Below are positions 1-13,031 of a stretch of 64,000 bases of DNA, one piece after another. A program made the translations under genes and the position numbers. Within the stretch, counting starts at the first letter, position 1. Each line of letters opens with the position of its first letter. Origin of the DNA: Azolla caroliniana (lineage: Eukaryota; Plantae; Polypodiophyta); the NCBI GenBank assembly GCA_043228905.1, contig JBHGNT010000016.1, positions 13,144,001 through 13,208,000 of the forward strand, given 5' to 3'. The notes beneath the pieces were generated by a model, which was given only the letters and a program-made list of their open reading frames with translations, was not told the origin of the DNA and did no database searches.

Positions 1-3000
1 GAGCAAGATGGACGACTTGAACCACAGTGGGCTAAGACATCCTTAGCGAAATTATCTGAATGAAGTTGTTGCCAAATAGTGTCAAGAAGGGTAGAATCAA
101 GTGGCGTGGCATAAATTGTTGTTACTTGTAGCTTTGATGGCCCGAGGAGAATTTGCTTTTGATTGTCAAAGGCCGGATCTCCATGTTGAAGTGCTGGATA
201 CGAACGTCGAGACAAAGCATCTGCTTTCCCTTGTTGTTTTCCGGGGTGAAAAAGGATCTTGAAATCGAAACGCGTTAGAAATTGGGCCCACCGAGCTTGG
301 CGTTTATTTAATACTCGAGCTGTTTGAAAATATGTGAGATTTTAGTGATCACTATAAATGATAATCTAATGAGGTGATCCTTCTAGAAAATGACGCCATT
401 GCTCGAATGAGTCGACCACAGCTAGTAACTCCTTATCATGCACCTCATAGTTTATCTCCGAAACATTAAATTTTCTCGAGTGAAACGCGATTGGATGTGT
501 CTGTCCGTCCTCGCCTGGTTGCGATAGGATACTCCCCAATGCAAAGTTCGATGCATTTGCCTCAATAGTAAATGGCTTTTCAGGATGAATATGTGCTAGG
601 ATGGGTGCTGATGTGAATGCCTCTTTCAGTTGCGTAAAAGCCTTGTCCGCTTCAATACTCCAAAAAAATGCTTGATTTTTCTTGGTGAGTTTAGTAAGGG
701 CCAAAAAAAAATATCCAAGAAATCCCGGAAGATGTCATTTGCCATATGTTGGAATACTGCAGGTGCATTTGTGAGCCCGAAAGGCATGACTATATACTCG
801 AAATGACCATACCGAGTATGAAATGTTGTTTTCCACTCATCTCCCGGCCGAATTCGAACAAGATTATATGCACCCCTTAGATCAATTTTGGTACAATGCT
901 TTGCCCCACCAATGCATTCTAAGAGATTGGAGATTAAAGGTAAAGCATACCTATTCCTTATGGTGACTTTATTTAAGCCTCGATAGTCCACGACCAAATG
1001 AAGGGAGCTGTCCTTTTACTTCACAAAAAAGATAGGAGCACCAGTTGGAGACTTTGAATGTCGAATAAACCCATGTGCAAGATTTTCCTCGATGTATTCT
1101 CGAAGAACCTCAAGCTCAGTGGGTGATAAATTGTAAATCGGATCCCACGGTGGCTCTTTTCCTGGTTGGAGATCAATAGGACAGTCGTACGACCGATGCT
1201 TTGGAAGAACACTAGCTTTGACTTTGTCGAAAACATCAGCATAGTCTTGATATTTTTTGGGAATTTGGATGTCTGAATTCCCTTGAGTGACACTAGAAGG
1301 TGTCACTGATACTGCAAATAAGAAAAGGTCCTCCTTGCCTCCCACTTGGCACAATTGTTGCAATATGATGGCTGAAATTTGATGAGAAGGATATGGCGCA
1401 TCGATAGAACTATATACTTTAGGAGGATAATCCCGAGTTCGATCCTTGACAATGATATTTTCTGCTAAAGGGCACCTAATTTCTCACTTCCTCCAATCGA
1501 TTCTAGGGTTATGTAGCTCGAACCATGGCAAACCGAGAACAATTAGATGCTCAGGACTACGGATTATGTTAAATGAAACTACACATCCTAAATCACCCAA
1601 GAGTATGTGTATTGGCTCAGACTCTTCATATATCTTCCCGGAAGCTATGGGGCATCCATCAATCACTACTACGGAAACTGGACAAGGAAGTGTATGCAAG
1701 GATATTTGGTGTTTTTGGGCAAAATCTCTATCCATGAAACAAGAATTGGCTCCAGTATCTAAGAGGGCTTGGACTTGAAGTTGACAACTGGGTGTCCTAA
1801 CTTGTACTAGGGTTGAGAAGACTCTACAAACATGCTTGGAAGAAATGGAACCCACACTAGGTTGTACATATCTAGGGTTGTCCAACCAAACGGCTCCTAT
1901 TTTGGCCAGACTTATTCGTTTGACTCCTCTTCTAATTTGCTTAGGACTTCAAATTTATTGGACAAGGGTGGATTATTCATAATATTAGATTCACTAACTC
2001 CTTCTAAAATGTTAGACTCATTTTTATTGTCATAGTGAATTTGATTTACCTGATGTCTCGGCCTACGGGAGCAATGAATGGCTATATGTCTTGGACCTCC
2101 GCAATATAAGCATAGATGGTTTGCTCGACGATGTTGCTTCTCTTCGTCTGACAACGGTCCTCGTCGTTGAGTCATATCAATCTCCATGGGTGCAGGACTA
2201 TCCATTGGGACTGGACTACGTGTTTGCCTTGGAGTTGGAGCAGGGCTATACATTTGCCTTGGGGATGATTGCGCCGTTACTGATGCATAAGTTGGTGTGA
2301 ATCTTGATCTTGTTATTTGTTGTTGTTGCTCACATCGACGCTCAAAAAGGCGATTATCACACCGTATTGCTCGACTAATAGCTTCTGTAAGTGACCTTGG
2401 ATCCTCGGGGAAGGTAAGAAGTAAGTCTTTGACATCACTACGAAGGCCTCAACGGAATTGCTCCATTAGGGCTTGTTCATCCCAAGGAATATCGCTTGCG
2501 ATGAGACGGAAATTGGCAGCATATGTCGAAGCTGGTTGATCACCTTGACAAAGTGTACGAATCTTGTTGATAACTGTTCTCGCCCCATCAGTATCTCCGA
2601 AACAAGCCTTAAATTTCTTGATAAATTCCTCGAAATTATTAAGTAGAGGAGAATTGGTCTCTAGCAATGGAGCAAACCACGACAATGTTATGCTAGTCAA
2701 TAAGGTGCCCACTAGCCCGACTCGTGATGCATCTGTTGGATAACGCGCGGGATGCATTTGAATCACCAACCGTACTTGATTCAAGAAACCTCAGAAATGC
2801 ACCCTCGACCCATCAAATTTAGTTGGGAGGCAAATTTTGGGCTCCTTGATAAGTCCCTGACCTTCAACCCTTTGTTGTTGTAACACTAATTGTTGCACTC
2901 GTCGCGTGAACTCCTCTTGTTGTTGTTGCTTCTCTATAGTAACCTTTTGTAGATCCCCAAGTAGACATTGATTCTCTACTTCAAGAGATGCAAACTTGGA

Positions 3001-3150
3001 TTTAAGGTTCTCCATTTCTGCAACAAGGGTGAGATATTCTTCTGAGTTAATAGCAACCATGGTTTCAGGATGGTTACAAAGGAGGATAAGAGAGAGAGAG
3101 AGAGAGAGAGAGAATTCGAATCAAACTAAAAGATAAAAGATAGAGTGATG
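1..3150 (-). mobile_element. Degenerate Ty3/Gypsy retrotransposon (Tcn1/PEG10-like chromovirus), gag-PR-RT-RNaseH; continues off the window start
   Basis: Gag fragments 1912-3060 (PTKFDGSR; zinc knuckle CLYCGGPRHIAIHC), protease LLDTGA (1484-1885), [29 protein letters not shown] (626-997), RNase[11 protein letters not shown] (366-704); many stops and frameshifts. Confidence 0.9.
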
Positions 3151-6100
3151 GTTTGCGTTTCCCGAATCTCGATGAAGCTTTGCGTTTCTATCCAGAGGGG
3201 TCGAGATGGGCTTACAGTTTGCCATCCCGAACTTGAAGAGCATATTCAACGCGTAATGATGCTGGCTGATCAATATGCCTTCGGGGGTACGGATCACTTC
3301 GATCCTGAGGAAGTAATGAAGGTCTCCGAGATCCTTGATTTCAAACGATGCCGCAAGCTGAGACTTCACGCGGTGGATTTCGTCCAGATCGGCACCAACG
3401 ATGACTAAATCATCAACATATAATAGGAGACTAACCGGTCCGGGTTGACCTTGCCGAACAAATAGCGAAGAATATGATTTCGACGTTTTAAAGCCCATCT
3501 TGCGCAACTGTTATGTGATCTTCGCATTCCAGGCTCGCGGTGCTTGCTTAAGTCCGTACAATGACTTCTTCAGTTGGTAAACTACCGAGGTGTTTCATTT
3601 GGATAGAAATCCGGGGGGCTGTATCATGTACACCGGTTCCTCAAGATCACCTTGCAAGAACGCATTCTTTACATCCATTTGATGTAAGTGCCACCCCTTT
3701 GCCACAGCTATGGCTAGCAGAACACGGACAGTGGTCATCTTTGTGACAGGTGCAAAGGTCTCATCGTAATCGATGTCGTGTTGCTGCGCGTAGCCTTTCG
3801 CTACTAAGAGGGCCTTGTATCGATTGACGGAGCCGTCAGTATTGTATTTCATTTTATACACCCACCGACATCCGATCAGCTTCACACCCTTCGGTGCGTC
3901 AACCAAGTCCCATGTCTCGCTCTACGTTAAGGCGCGCATCTCTTCCTCCATCGCAGCACGCCAATTTGTGTGTCTCACCGCTTCTACATAGCTCTCCGGC
4001 TCACGCACTTCCGCCACTCGCGTCATATACGCATAATGGTGCGCCATGTATTCATTATACCTGTATCTCTTTACAGGGTTCTTTAGGCGGGTAGATCGAC
4101 GTAATTCGTGATTACTCAATTTCGCGACCTTTTCGGCTACTGTCAACCTCTTGCGTGGAGGTTCCTTTCCAGTTTGACCATGGTCAGACTCGCTCCGATC
4201 TGACTCGGGACTACCGAAGTCATATTCTGGCATTTTGTTCTTGCCCTTCTTATTATGCGGGAACCATCTCCTCGGTTCTTTACGCGGGGACATCACGGCC
4301 AAGTCTCCACTACTCACCGTCTCATCATCTAGTTGGCCATCTCGGCCCAACTCATCATTAGGCCCACTCAGCCGAAATGAGATCGGACCCTCTCTCAGAG
4401 CTCGAACATCTTCATCATGCGAAGGCATTACAGTCTCGCTGATTTCTTCTTCAGAAATCGGAATGGAGTCATGAGGTTCCGGAGGAGAAGGCAGGTACCA
4501 CTAAGCGGACTCGTCAAATACGACATCGCGGCTTACGCTTACTTCCTTTGTTTGGGGGTTATAGCACTTATACCCCTTTTGCTCGTCTGAATAGCTGACC
4601 AAGATACATTTTTCGGCCTTGGCATCTAGCTTCCTCCTCTTCTCCTTCGGCACGTGCACATATGTGATGCTGCCGAAAATCCTCAAGTGTGCCAAGTTCG
4701 GCTTCTTTCCGAAATACAGCTCATGTGGCAACACTCCTCCATTAGCAGAAGTCAGATTCTGCAGGTAGAAAACTGTCTTCATGGCTTCAACTGAATAGAA
4801 TTTTGGCATATGATTCTCTTCAAGCATTGCCCTGGCCGCTTCTTCAATTGTCTGATTCTTCCGCTCAGCCGCGTCGTTCTGTTACGACGTTTATCTACAT
4901 GAGAATTCGCGTCGAATTCGCTCCTTCTGTAGATAACATGTGACTTGGTCAGAGAAATACTCCTTCCCGCCATTGGACTGTAGGCATTTGATCTTACGCC
5001 CCGTTTCCCTTTCCACAAGGCTCTTCACCTTCAGGAAACATGCAAAGACTTCGCTCATCTTCTCAATCATGTATGCCCACGTGTGCCGAGTGAAGTCATC
5101 AATGAAGATTACAAAGTAACGACTTCCACCGAGACTCGCGTTCTGTGCCGGACCCCACACATCCGAATGGATCAAATCCAGCAGACTTCAACTACGATTG
5201 CGCTCATTGGGGAATGGAAGTCGATGTTGTTTTCCCATCTGACAAGCTTTGCAAACTTGGCCATTCTGGCCCCGAAACTTCGGCAAGTCGAAAACAATGT
5301 TCTTCGTCTGCATCTCACGAAGCCGTGGGAAATTTATGTGGCCGAACCGTTTGTGCCACAGGTTGATATCCGATTTGACCTTTTGTCCTTTCGCGTACAA
5401 AGCGGTTTCGGCTTGATTAGTGTCGAGGATAAACATCCTCCCTTCACGGCGCCCTTGCACGATCACTTTGCCTTCCTCTTCTATGAAGCAGCCGAGGTGC
5501 ATGAATCGAACTTGCATACCTTTGTCAACGATCTAACCGACCGACACCAAGTTCTTCGTTATTGTCGGGACGTGCAACACATTCATAAACTTCCCTTTCT
5601 ACCCGACGTGGCTGAGGGGAACTTCACCGACATGTTTGATGGTATGCGGGGTGTCATCTCCCATTTCAACAACCCCTCATGATTCCGGCTTCTCCAAGTA
5701 CGAGAACCATTCCTCGTGACTCGTCATATGATTTGACACTCCGGAGTCGACATACCACACCTCGGGTGATTTCGAGGTGTTCATGGACATTGGGTTGGCC
5801 TTATGCTTCATTATGAAGGCAGGGCCCGCTCCATTTCCGGCTCGTTCTGAGCCTTCCGCGTAGTGTGACTTATGACGCATTCCTGTGCCTATTCCGCTCG
5901 ATCCAGCTTTGTCTGAATCAACTTGTTTCTTCCAGGACTTGCTCTCCTTGTGGCCATTCTTGCCACAGTACCAGCATTCCGACACGGCCTTCTCTTGCCA
6001 ACTTCCGGCGCCGCCATGACTCCCCCTGCTTCCGGGGTGTTTGGAATTTCTTCTGGCATTTCGATTATGCCGTCCATTCTTCTCTTTTCGGCCGCCTACA

Positions 6101-6742
6101 TTGCACACCAGTCCACCTCGTTCACCACGACCAAGGGGCCTATCATCCTCCGTGTAGAGCATCTTGCCATCAACGTGTGCACTCATCGACGCACCCGCGT
6201 GGTTTTCTTCTACGAGCAACATCGAAAAACGAAGGTGTATTCTCCCTCATGCAGACCGCCATTCGAAAAGCGTTGAACTTAGACGCTAACCCGCCAAGAC
6301 AAACCTGCGCCATCTCGTCCTCCTCAACGTTCACATTAACAGAGGTGAGTGAGTTGCAGATTTCTTTGATCTTGGTGGTGTAGTTAGCCACCGACATATC
6401 TCGTTATCATACATTGCTCAACTCTTGCCTTAGTTTAAGCTTTCTGGATGTAGTGCTTGCAGCAAAGACCTTTTTGAGATTCGCCCATACGTCCTTTGGC
6501 GTCTTACCATCCCGAATATAGCTCAATAGTTGGTCGCTCACACAAAATGCAAAGTAGTAGACAACTCTGCTTGCCACTTGTTCTCAAGCCGAAAAATTTA
6601 TGTGTGTCGAGTCGGGTGCTACATCATTAGCTCCTTCGACATAACTCTAGTAGCCATGACCAAGTAGGTACTGGTGCATCTTGTACGACCAAGATGCGTA
6701 GTTGCTCCTGTCGAGCTTCTCAGTCGGTAGCGAGCTTCCCAT
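3150..6742 (-). mobile_element. Degenerate Ty1/Copia gag-PR-INT-RT, truncated within RT
   Basis: Gag start MGSSLPTEKLDRSNY at 6742; CWYCGKNGH knuckle; WYVDSG protease; HSDVWGP integrase; QMDVKNAFL and LYVDD RT motifs; abuts the Gypsy leader at ~3150. Confidence 0.92.
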
Positions 6743-6915
6743 ACATGTGGGTCATAAAGTACCCATTAACTACTCTACCTAGTACTTTAGATATTTTACA
6801 CATGTTTACATTTCTTGTACTCCGGTCCTTATGTTTTATGCCTATTTGCACACCCTCTTTCACACACATATCCACTCCTCTTTCTTCATATGACTAGGTT
6901 TCTTCACGACAACGT

Positions 6916-8917
6916 CGTATTCTACCACAAATATTGTATCTCTCGTCATAAGACAACCTTTGGTCGAGGTTATGTCATTAATTGTCCAAGATAAGGATGT
7001 CTTTACTTATTAGGCTGCTCTATGGTACCTGTTGAAGAAGTGTACCACATAGATGATTCAAACACATCAAACTATGTGACCGTACTATGGCACTACCAAT
7101 TACATCACGTAAACCATCAAACAATGATTCACATGGCCTGACAATGTATAACAATTGGTTTTACCCTTCCTCGAGAATCGAAACTATCCCTCTATTAATG
7201 GTGTATCTTTGGAAAACTCTCTAACTCTCCATGTCCTTCACATTCTATGACAACTACGAAACCCCTACAACTAGTGTACACACATATATATTTGGTCTTT
7301 TATCTACTCCATCGTTATATGGAAATGTATATTTCTTAACATTTATTGATCAATTTACTCATTTCACAATGGTCACTTTTCTAAAACAAAATCTACTGAT
7401 GAAGTCCTTGAAAAAATCAAAGCTATCAAAAATGTGTAACAAATCAACAAGATTTAACCTGTAACGCACTTTAATCAAATAAAGGTGGAAACTTCAAGTC
7501 CCAAAACTTCCAAACTTATTGCCAAAAGCATGGGATTCAATAACGGTTTACGATCCCTTATACACCTCAACACAATTCAAGCGTTGAATGGCAAAATCAG
7601 TTGTATATGGATGCAACTTGTTGCATGTGTGTCGTTGCAAACCTTCCCCGAACATATTAAGAAGAGGTTGTTTCAATTGTTTGTTATATATTCAATAGAA
7701 CATATGCACTCGTACCCTTAAACACTCGATCAAAATTAGATTATCATGGGGTTTCGTACAATAATCATTGGGTATGGCAAACCTCATGACTATAAGGGTT
7801 ATTGATTATATGACCCACAATCCAAAAGATTTATATTCAGTCGATGGGTGATATTTGATGAAGATAACCTAATATCTAATCCTTACCCACACCATGAACT
7901 TGAAAAGGTACAAGTCATAACCACCACATAATACTCATGTAACACCAAAATTGGGGCATGTTTAGTATGGTGGTTGTCTTGTAACTTTCCAAGTCCATGG
8001 TGTGGGTGAGGATGAGATATTAGGCTATCTTCATCAAGTATCACCCATTGATTGAACATAAATATTTTGTCTTTTGGGTCATACATTAAATAACCCTCAT
8101 AGCCATTATGTTTGTTTTAACCAAAGAATAAAGTGTAAAACATGTGATTATCTAACTTTGATTGGGTATCTAAGGGTACGTGTGCATATGTTGGACATCC
8201 TAATATGTTCAGGGAAGGTTTGCAATAGCGAGCATACAACGAGTGGCAATACCGGTTTCGATGTTGAGCCCTTGAATTTGTTTAGAGGGTATAAGGGATT
8301 GTAAACTTTTCTTGAATCCCATATTTTTGGCAATAGGTTTAGAAGTTTTCGATCTTAAATTTTCCAACATTATCTTGTTGAAGTGCTTTAAGAGTTAAGT
8401 CTTGTTAACTTTTTACAAGATTATGATAGGCCTTGATCACTAGATTTTCTCCTACAAAAAGTGAACATTGTGAAATGAGTAACGTTATTGATAAATTTTA
8501 AGAAATATACATTTCTAGATAGCGTTGGAGTTGATAAGGGACCACATCTATCTACGTGTACTAGTTGGAGAGGTTTAGTAGTTGATGTAGTATGTGAAAG
8601 AAATAACGAGTTAGAGAGGTTACCAAGGATACACCCTTCGCAAAGGGATAGTTTCAATTTTTAAGGAAGGGTGAACTAACTATTTTACGTTGTCGGGCCA
8701 TGTGAACCCTTGTTTGATGGTTTGCGTGATGTAGTCGGTAGTGCCATCATACGGTCATATAATTTGATGTGTCTGAATCATCTATAGGTGTGCATCGTCA
8801 ATAGGCACCACAGAGCAACCTAATAGGTAAAGGCATCCTTTTCTTGGATAATTAACGACATAACCTCGATTAGAGGATGTCTTATGACGAATGATACAAT
8901 ATTTGTAATAGAATTCG
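6916..8917. repeat. ~2-kb imperfect palindrome (two ~1-kb arms) of Copia GAG-pre-integrase/integrase sequence
   Basis: 6916 cgtattctaccacaaatattgtatc is the reverse complement of ~8895-8917. Matching continues inward to a centre near 7950. Translations 7231(+) and 8421(-) are homologous (GLLSTPSLYGNVYFLTFIDQFTHFTM vs GPLSTPTLSRNVYFLKFINNVTHFTM). Confidence 0.88.
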
Positions 8918-9239
8918 AAGTATGTATTTTATCATTTATCAGTTATTGACAAATATCAAGTTTTTTGCTATGTTGGGTATATAATAAATTTCATTAACTT
9001 CTGTAAAGAATCTAGTGTGATTCTGTGCAACGGAAAAAGTATGTGTGTGTGAATGAGAGAGAGAGAGTGTGTGTGAGTGAAAGAACACAAGTATACAGAA
9101 AACTAGAAATTTGTATTAACAAGAATGAGCAACAACAGTTACAAAGAAGAGGAGAATGTGCTTATGTCGTCATGTTCTCTCTATACTTTCTTACTACAAC
9201 TACCTCTTCAGAAAGATATGGAGACTTAATTGCCGACAA

Positions 9240-10530
9240 ACTATGTTTCATAGGAGTTAAGTTCTATGACACATTAGTTATGATACAAAGTATTGGGTTT
9301 GGAGAAGTCATAGATGAACATGACATAGTATCAGCATCCACCGAAGGTTGCCATTTGGGTTGGTCCCCACACATCTGAATGTATCACATGCAAGAGTCCT
9401 TTGCTTACATTCCTCTCCTTCGGAAACGGTTTCCGATGTTGTTTGCCGAATTGGCAAGCTTCACATACTACAACAATTCCTTCTTGGTAAAATTTAGAAT
9501 CCAATCACGACTCCTTTTGTCAGCATGCCTTTGAGCTTTTTGAGATTGATGTATCCAATCCTTTTATGCCATAGCTCTACGTCGGCTTTATGGCCCTTTA
9601 CGAACATTATTGATTTCATCTCGTGAGAGTCGAGAATGAACATCCGACCTTGTCTTCATCCTCGAGCAATGACGTGAACGTCCTTCTTGATAAAGCAGTC
9701 TCCGTGGTTGAAGCGGACTTGCATACCTTGTTCTACAATTTAGCCGAATGAGATCAAGTTCTTCGTTATAGTTTGTAAATGCAAGGCATTCTGGATGTAG
9801 GTTTGGTTGCCCTCTTCGCCGAATGGTACACTACCATCATGCCGTATCGGATGTGACGTGACATGTGGCTCATGTATCAAGAATCCACATTGAAGTGGGA
9901 GAGTTGTCAAATGAAGTGAGGGCCATAAAGCCAATGAAGGAATCTTCATGTCATTATTTTGATCATAGCCATCATGTGATGCATTGTAAGAGTGGTCTTG
10001 TTTATATGCTCTTTCCCCTTTGTTATTAGAATTCCTATAACAATCTTTTGTTTCATGTCCATGCATTTGACTATTTTTGCAAAAGGATTTAAGGAACCTA
10101 GATTTGTTATGATCTCTTGAATAATTAAATTTAGAGGTCCTTGATTAAAATTTGGAGTAGATTGGTATGTTGATCTAGGTTTATTATAAGCTTTCTTATT
10201 GTATTTTGATTGCTTGATATAAAGTGTGGTGTGAGATCAAGAGGGTTGATTTATTGCCCTATGAAGTATGTTTTGTTGTGAGATTGATTCCTCTAATTTT
10301 GGTTGATGTGGATTTTGTGCTTATAAATGGTTGTCATGATGGTGTTAGGGCGGCTAACAAGAGGGAGGATTAAACGAAACTTGGCAAACTAAGTCTCGAA
10401 AGGATCATTAAATCAAGGGAAAGTCTCCAAATTTTGACAAACATGTCAACATCATCATTTTCACTCATGTTCATGTTTATTAAACTTTTTAAATTGGCAT
10501 CTTGGGACGTAACATCGGTTCACACACTTT
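9240..10530 (-). pseudogene. Degenerate Copia gag/PR/INT fragment
   Basis: Minus strand reads VIHSDVWGP at ~9360-9390; HETKDC knuckle remnant and NALHLQTITKNLISFG post-protease motif. Confidence 0.75.
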
Positions 10531-10779
10531 GCTTAAGTCAAGTGAGGGTTTAAATCACATCACTTGCGTGTTTGCATGTCAAGTGCATTTGTGGGGTCAT
10601 CAATGTCGGGACACACGTCGGTTCGATCGACGATATGTAACAAATTATATTGTTCTAATATGATTTCCATGGTCATATGCCAACATTGAGTTTTTCAATG
10701 TGATAAGTGCAAGACAATACTTTCGGCGACATTTGCCGCCATATTCATTATCACTCCAATGTTTGACATGGTCAAATAT

Positions 10780-11141
10780 TGTTGCTTTAATTAACACGTT
10801 CGGTTATTGACACCACGACAAGCTTCTTGGTGGGGTTGGGCTCCTTCACCGCTCTGCTCCCATGTAGAAGTATCCACTTGAGAGAGAGAGAGAGATAGAT
10901 AGATTGTATTATCGTCTTCAGAGGTCAAATATGAACTATGAGAGAGAGAGAGAGAGAAAGAATTTTGTATTGAATCTTTTAATCTTTTCACTCTACAACC
11001 AACCTACGGGTTGTCAGAGATTGTGGTAGTTATAGGTGCACCCTATTAGTGGGGTGGACCTTTTCATATTAGGATTACCTCTTAGTTTTCTATTCCCTAT
11101 TTTTCTACTTATTTACTTCAACTAATTAGTTTATTACAACA
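10780..11141. mobile_element. Solo-LTR-like element TGTTG...CAACA flanked by a 20-bp imperfect direct repeat
   Basis: Termini TGTTG (10780) and CAACA (11141); flanks tgtttgacatggtcaaatat / catttgacatgatcaaatat; internal (GA)n tracts. Confidence 0.55.
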
Positions 11142-12119
11142 CATTTGACATGATCAAATATTACCTTGTTCACCGCGCCAAAACTTCGGCGAAACCATCA
11201 CTTCCAAGTCGGTTAGGAGAAGGTTCCATGCGAGCGAATCTTCGAGGAGGTTTCGTAGCTTCTAATCTAAGCCTTGTCTCCTGCATAGATAATAGTAAAT
11301 ACCCGCCTAACAATACGCCGATAAGTGTGACAATACCTGGTGCTGCTGGCACTCTCATTGAGATTGAATGTGGGTGTGAATGGAGATGGCATCTCCATGA
11401 ATTTGAAGGATATGGAAAATTCCTCCTTTTGCTGAAGCCTTCACTATGCTGGTGGAATGAAATTCATGGCCCACCACAATCCAGGTTCCGTTAGTCACAT
11501 ACACCATAAAAATCTGCAGAAGAGGTGCAATCTGAATGGATTTCGAGAGCTTCGACGGAAGGGGCCGGAGAAACTCTCCCCAAACAGCACTTGTATTGAG
11601 ATATCTGCAGATGTCATTGAGCATGAATGAAGGTGATCTCCAATATCACATTCCGGCCTGCGGAATGTGGCATATGGGATTGCCTTCTTCATCGTATCAC
11701 ATCCCAAATAGAGATTTTTTGTGGCATGCCTTCATCTACTACAACTCTGCAGAATGCATTGCAAAATTATTAAAAGCTGGAGGTTCATGGAACTTGCCCC
11801 TTTCTTGCTGTCTTTCCCAACCCTTTGGATGCCAGCAGAGAAAGGTAGTAAGATTGGGGGTACTGCCATCACTTCTTGTCACAGATTTCATCCGCTGATT
11901 TAACTAAGTATGTCCAGATGCTAGTAGATAGCATATATATAGAGTACCATGGCCCAAGTAAATGCTATTGGGGGAACCTGTATACTACCTCTCCCCTGTT
12001 ATTCAAATCTTGTAGAAGTGATCATCCGTTGCTGCAGGATGGAAAATTCCTGTTAGAAAGGTACTGGCTGTGTATGCTCGATTTTTGGAATCATCTGAGA
12101 AAAGCCTGTGATTCTTGAC

Positions 12120-12205
12120 TACATCAGAATCACAAGCTCTTCATGACTAGACCAGAATCACGAGCTCTCCTTGAGTAGACCAGAATCACAAGCTCTCCAC
12201 GACCA
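12120..12205 (+). repeat. ~29-bp tandem repeat (accagaatcacaagctctc...) x3
   Basis: cagaatcac(a/g)agctct recurs three times at ~29-bp spacing. Confidence 0.7.
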
Positions 12206-12766
12206 TGACCAAAACTTGTAATTAGCATCCATGGACTGCGTGGTAGTTTAGGGCTTTATGAAGATCAAAGAACGCCATGAATCTAATTTATACTGTACAT
12301 ACAACAACAATTGGAGGAGGAGCAGGACTTGGTCACATTCAAGTAGCTTAAATTAATGGGATAAAGAAATTGGTAAGCCAAGATCACAAAATCCAGCCAC
12401 TTACAAGAACTTATTCAATTCTAACAAATTAGTAACTAACTATAGAAGGATTTCTCGTTTCGGAGAATTCAAATATAGCCTTAGGTGAATTCTAGGTCTA
12501 TTAACTATAAATAGGGTTGTTTTGGCCGTCCTTTGTCCTCTTCTTCACAATGCTTCTACTAGTGTTCGTTGGGCCACTTTTTTTAGCGGCAACATCTTCT
12601 ACATACATACATACATACATACATGTATATATATAGTCTTATAGATATTACTTATGTATAAATATTTGGAATTGCTTGGTGAGTCTATAATAATGCATGT
12701 AGAAGAAGCTTGGTAAATTGGTAATGAATATGACAAAAGATGATATAAGACATTGTCACTTGATAT

Positions 12767-13009
12767 TGTGAAATGCTCTCAAGAATAGCCTCCCTTTCAT
12801 TATGTCTCAAGTTACATTTTATAGACTCTCTCTTAGCGTGGAGGGTGTTCTCCCGCTCCAATTAGCTCTACTAATTATGGGGCTTGGTGGGGGCCTAGTT
12901 TGGGTGTGGTGCATGAGGCTTGGTAGGGGCCTAATTTGGGTGTGGTCTATGTGTGGTGCATGGGGCTTGGTAGGGGCCTAATCTAGGTGTGGTCCATGTG
13001 ACCACCACA
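12767..13009 (-). repeat. 3' LTR of the 12767-17585 Gypsy
   Basis: Direct repeat of 17343-17585; adjacent to PPT (minus strand acaagggggaat). Confidence 0.95.
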
Positions 13010-13031
13010 ATTCCCCCTTGTAAAAAAAAAG

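Noticed and set aside
5083-6383. Long plus-strand ORFs (199 aa, 172 aa)
   Set aside because: Antisense shadows of Copia gag-pol with no recognisable domains.
6744-6911. Short member of the 4-bp-TSD LTR group
   Set aside because: The right end plus ACGT is clear, but the left end and TSD are too degraded to call as a feature.
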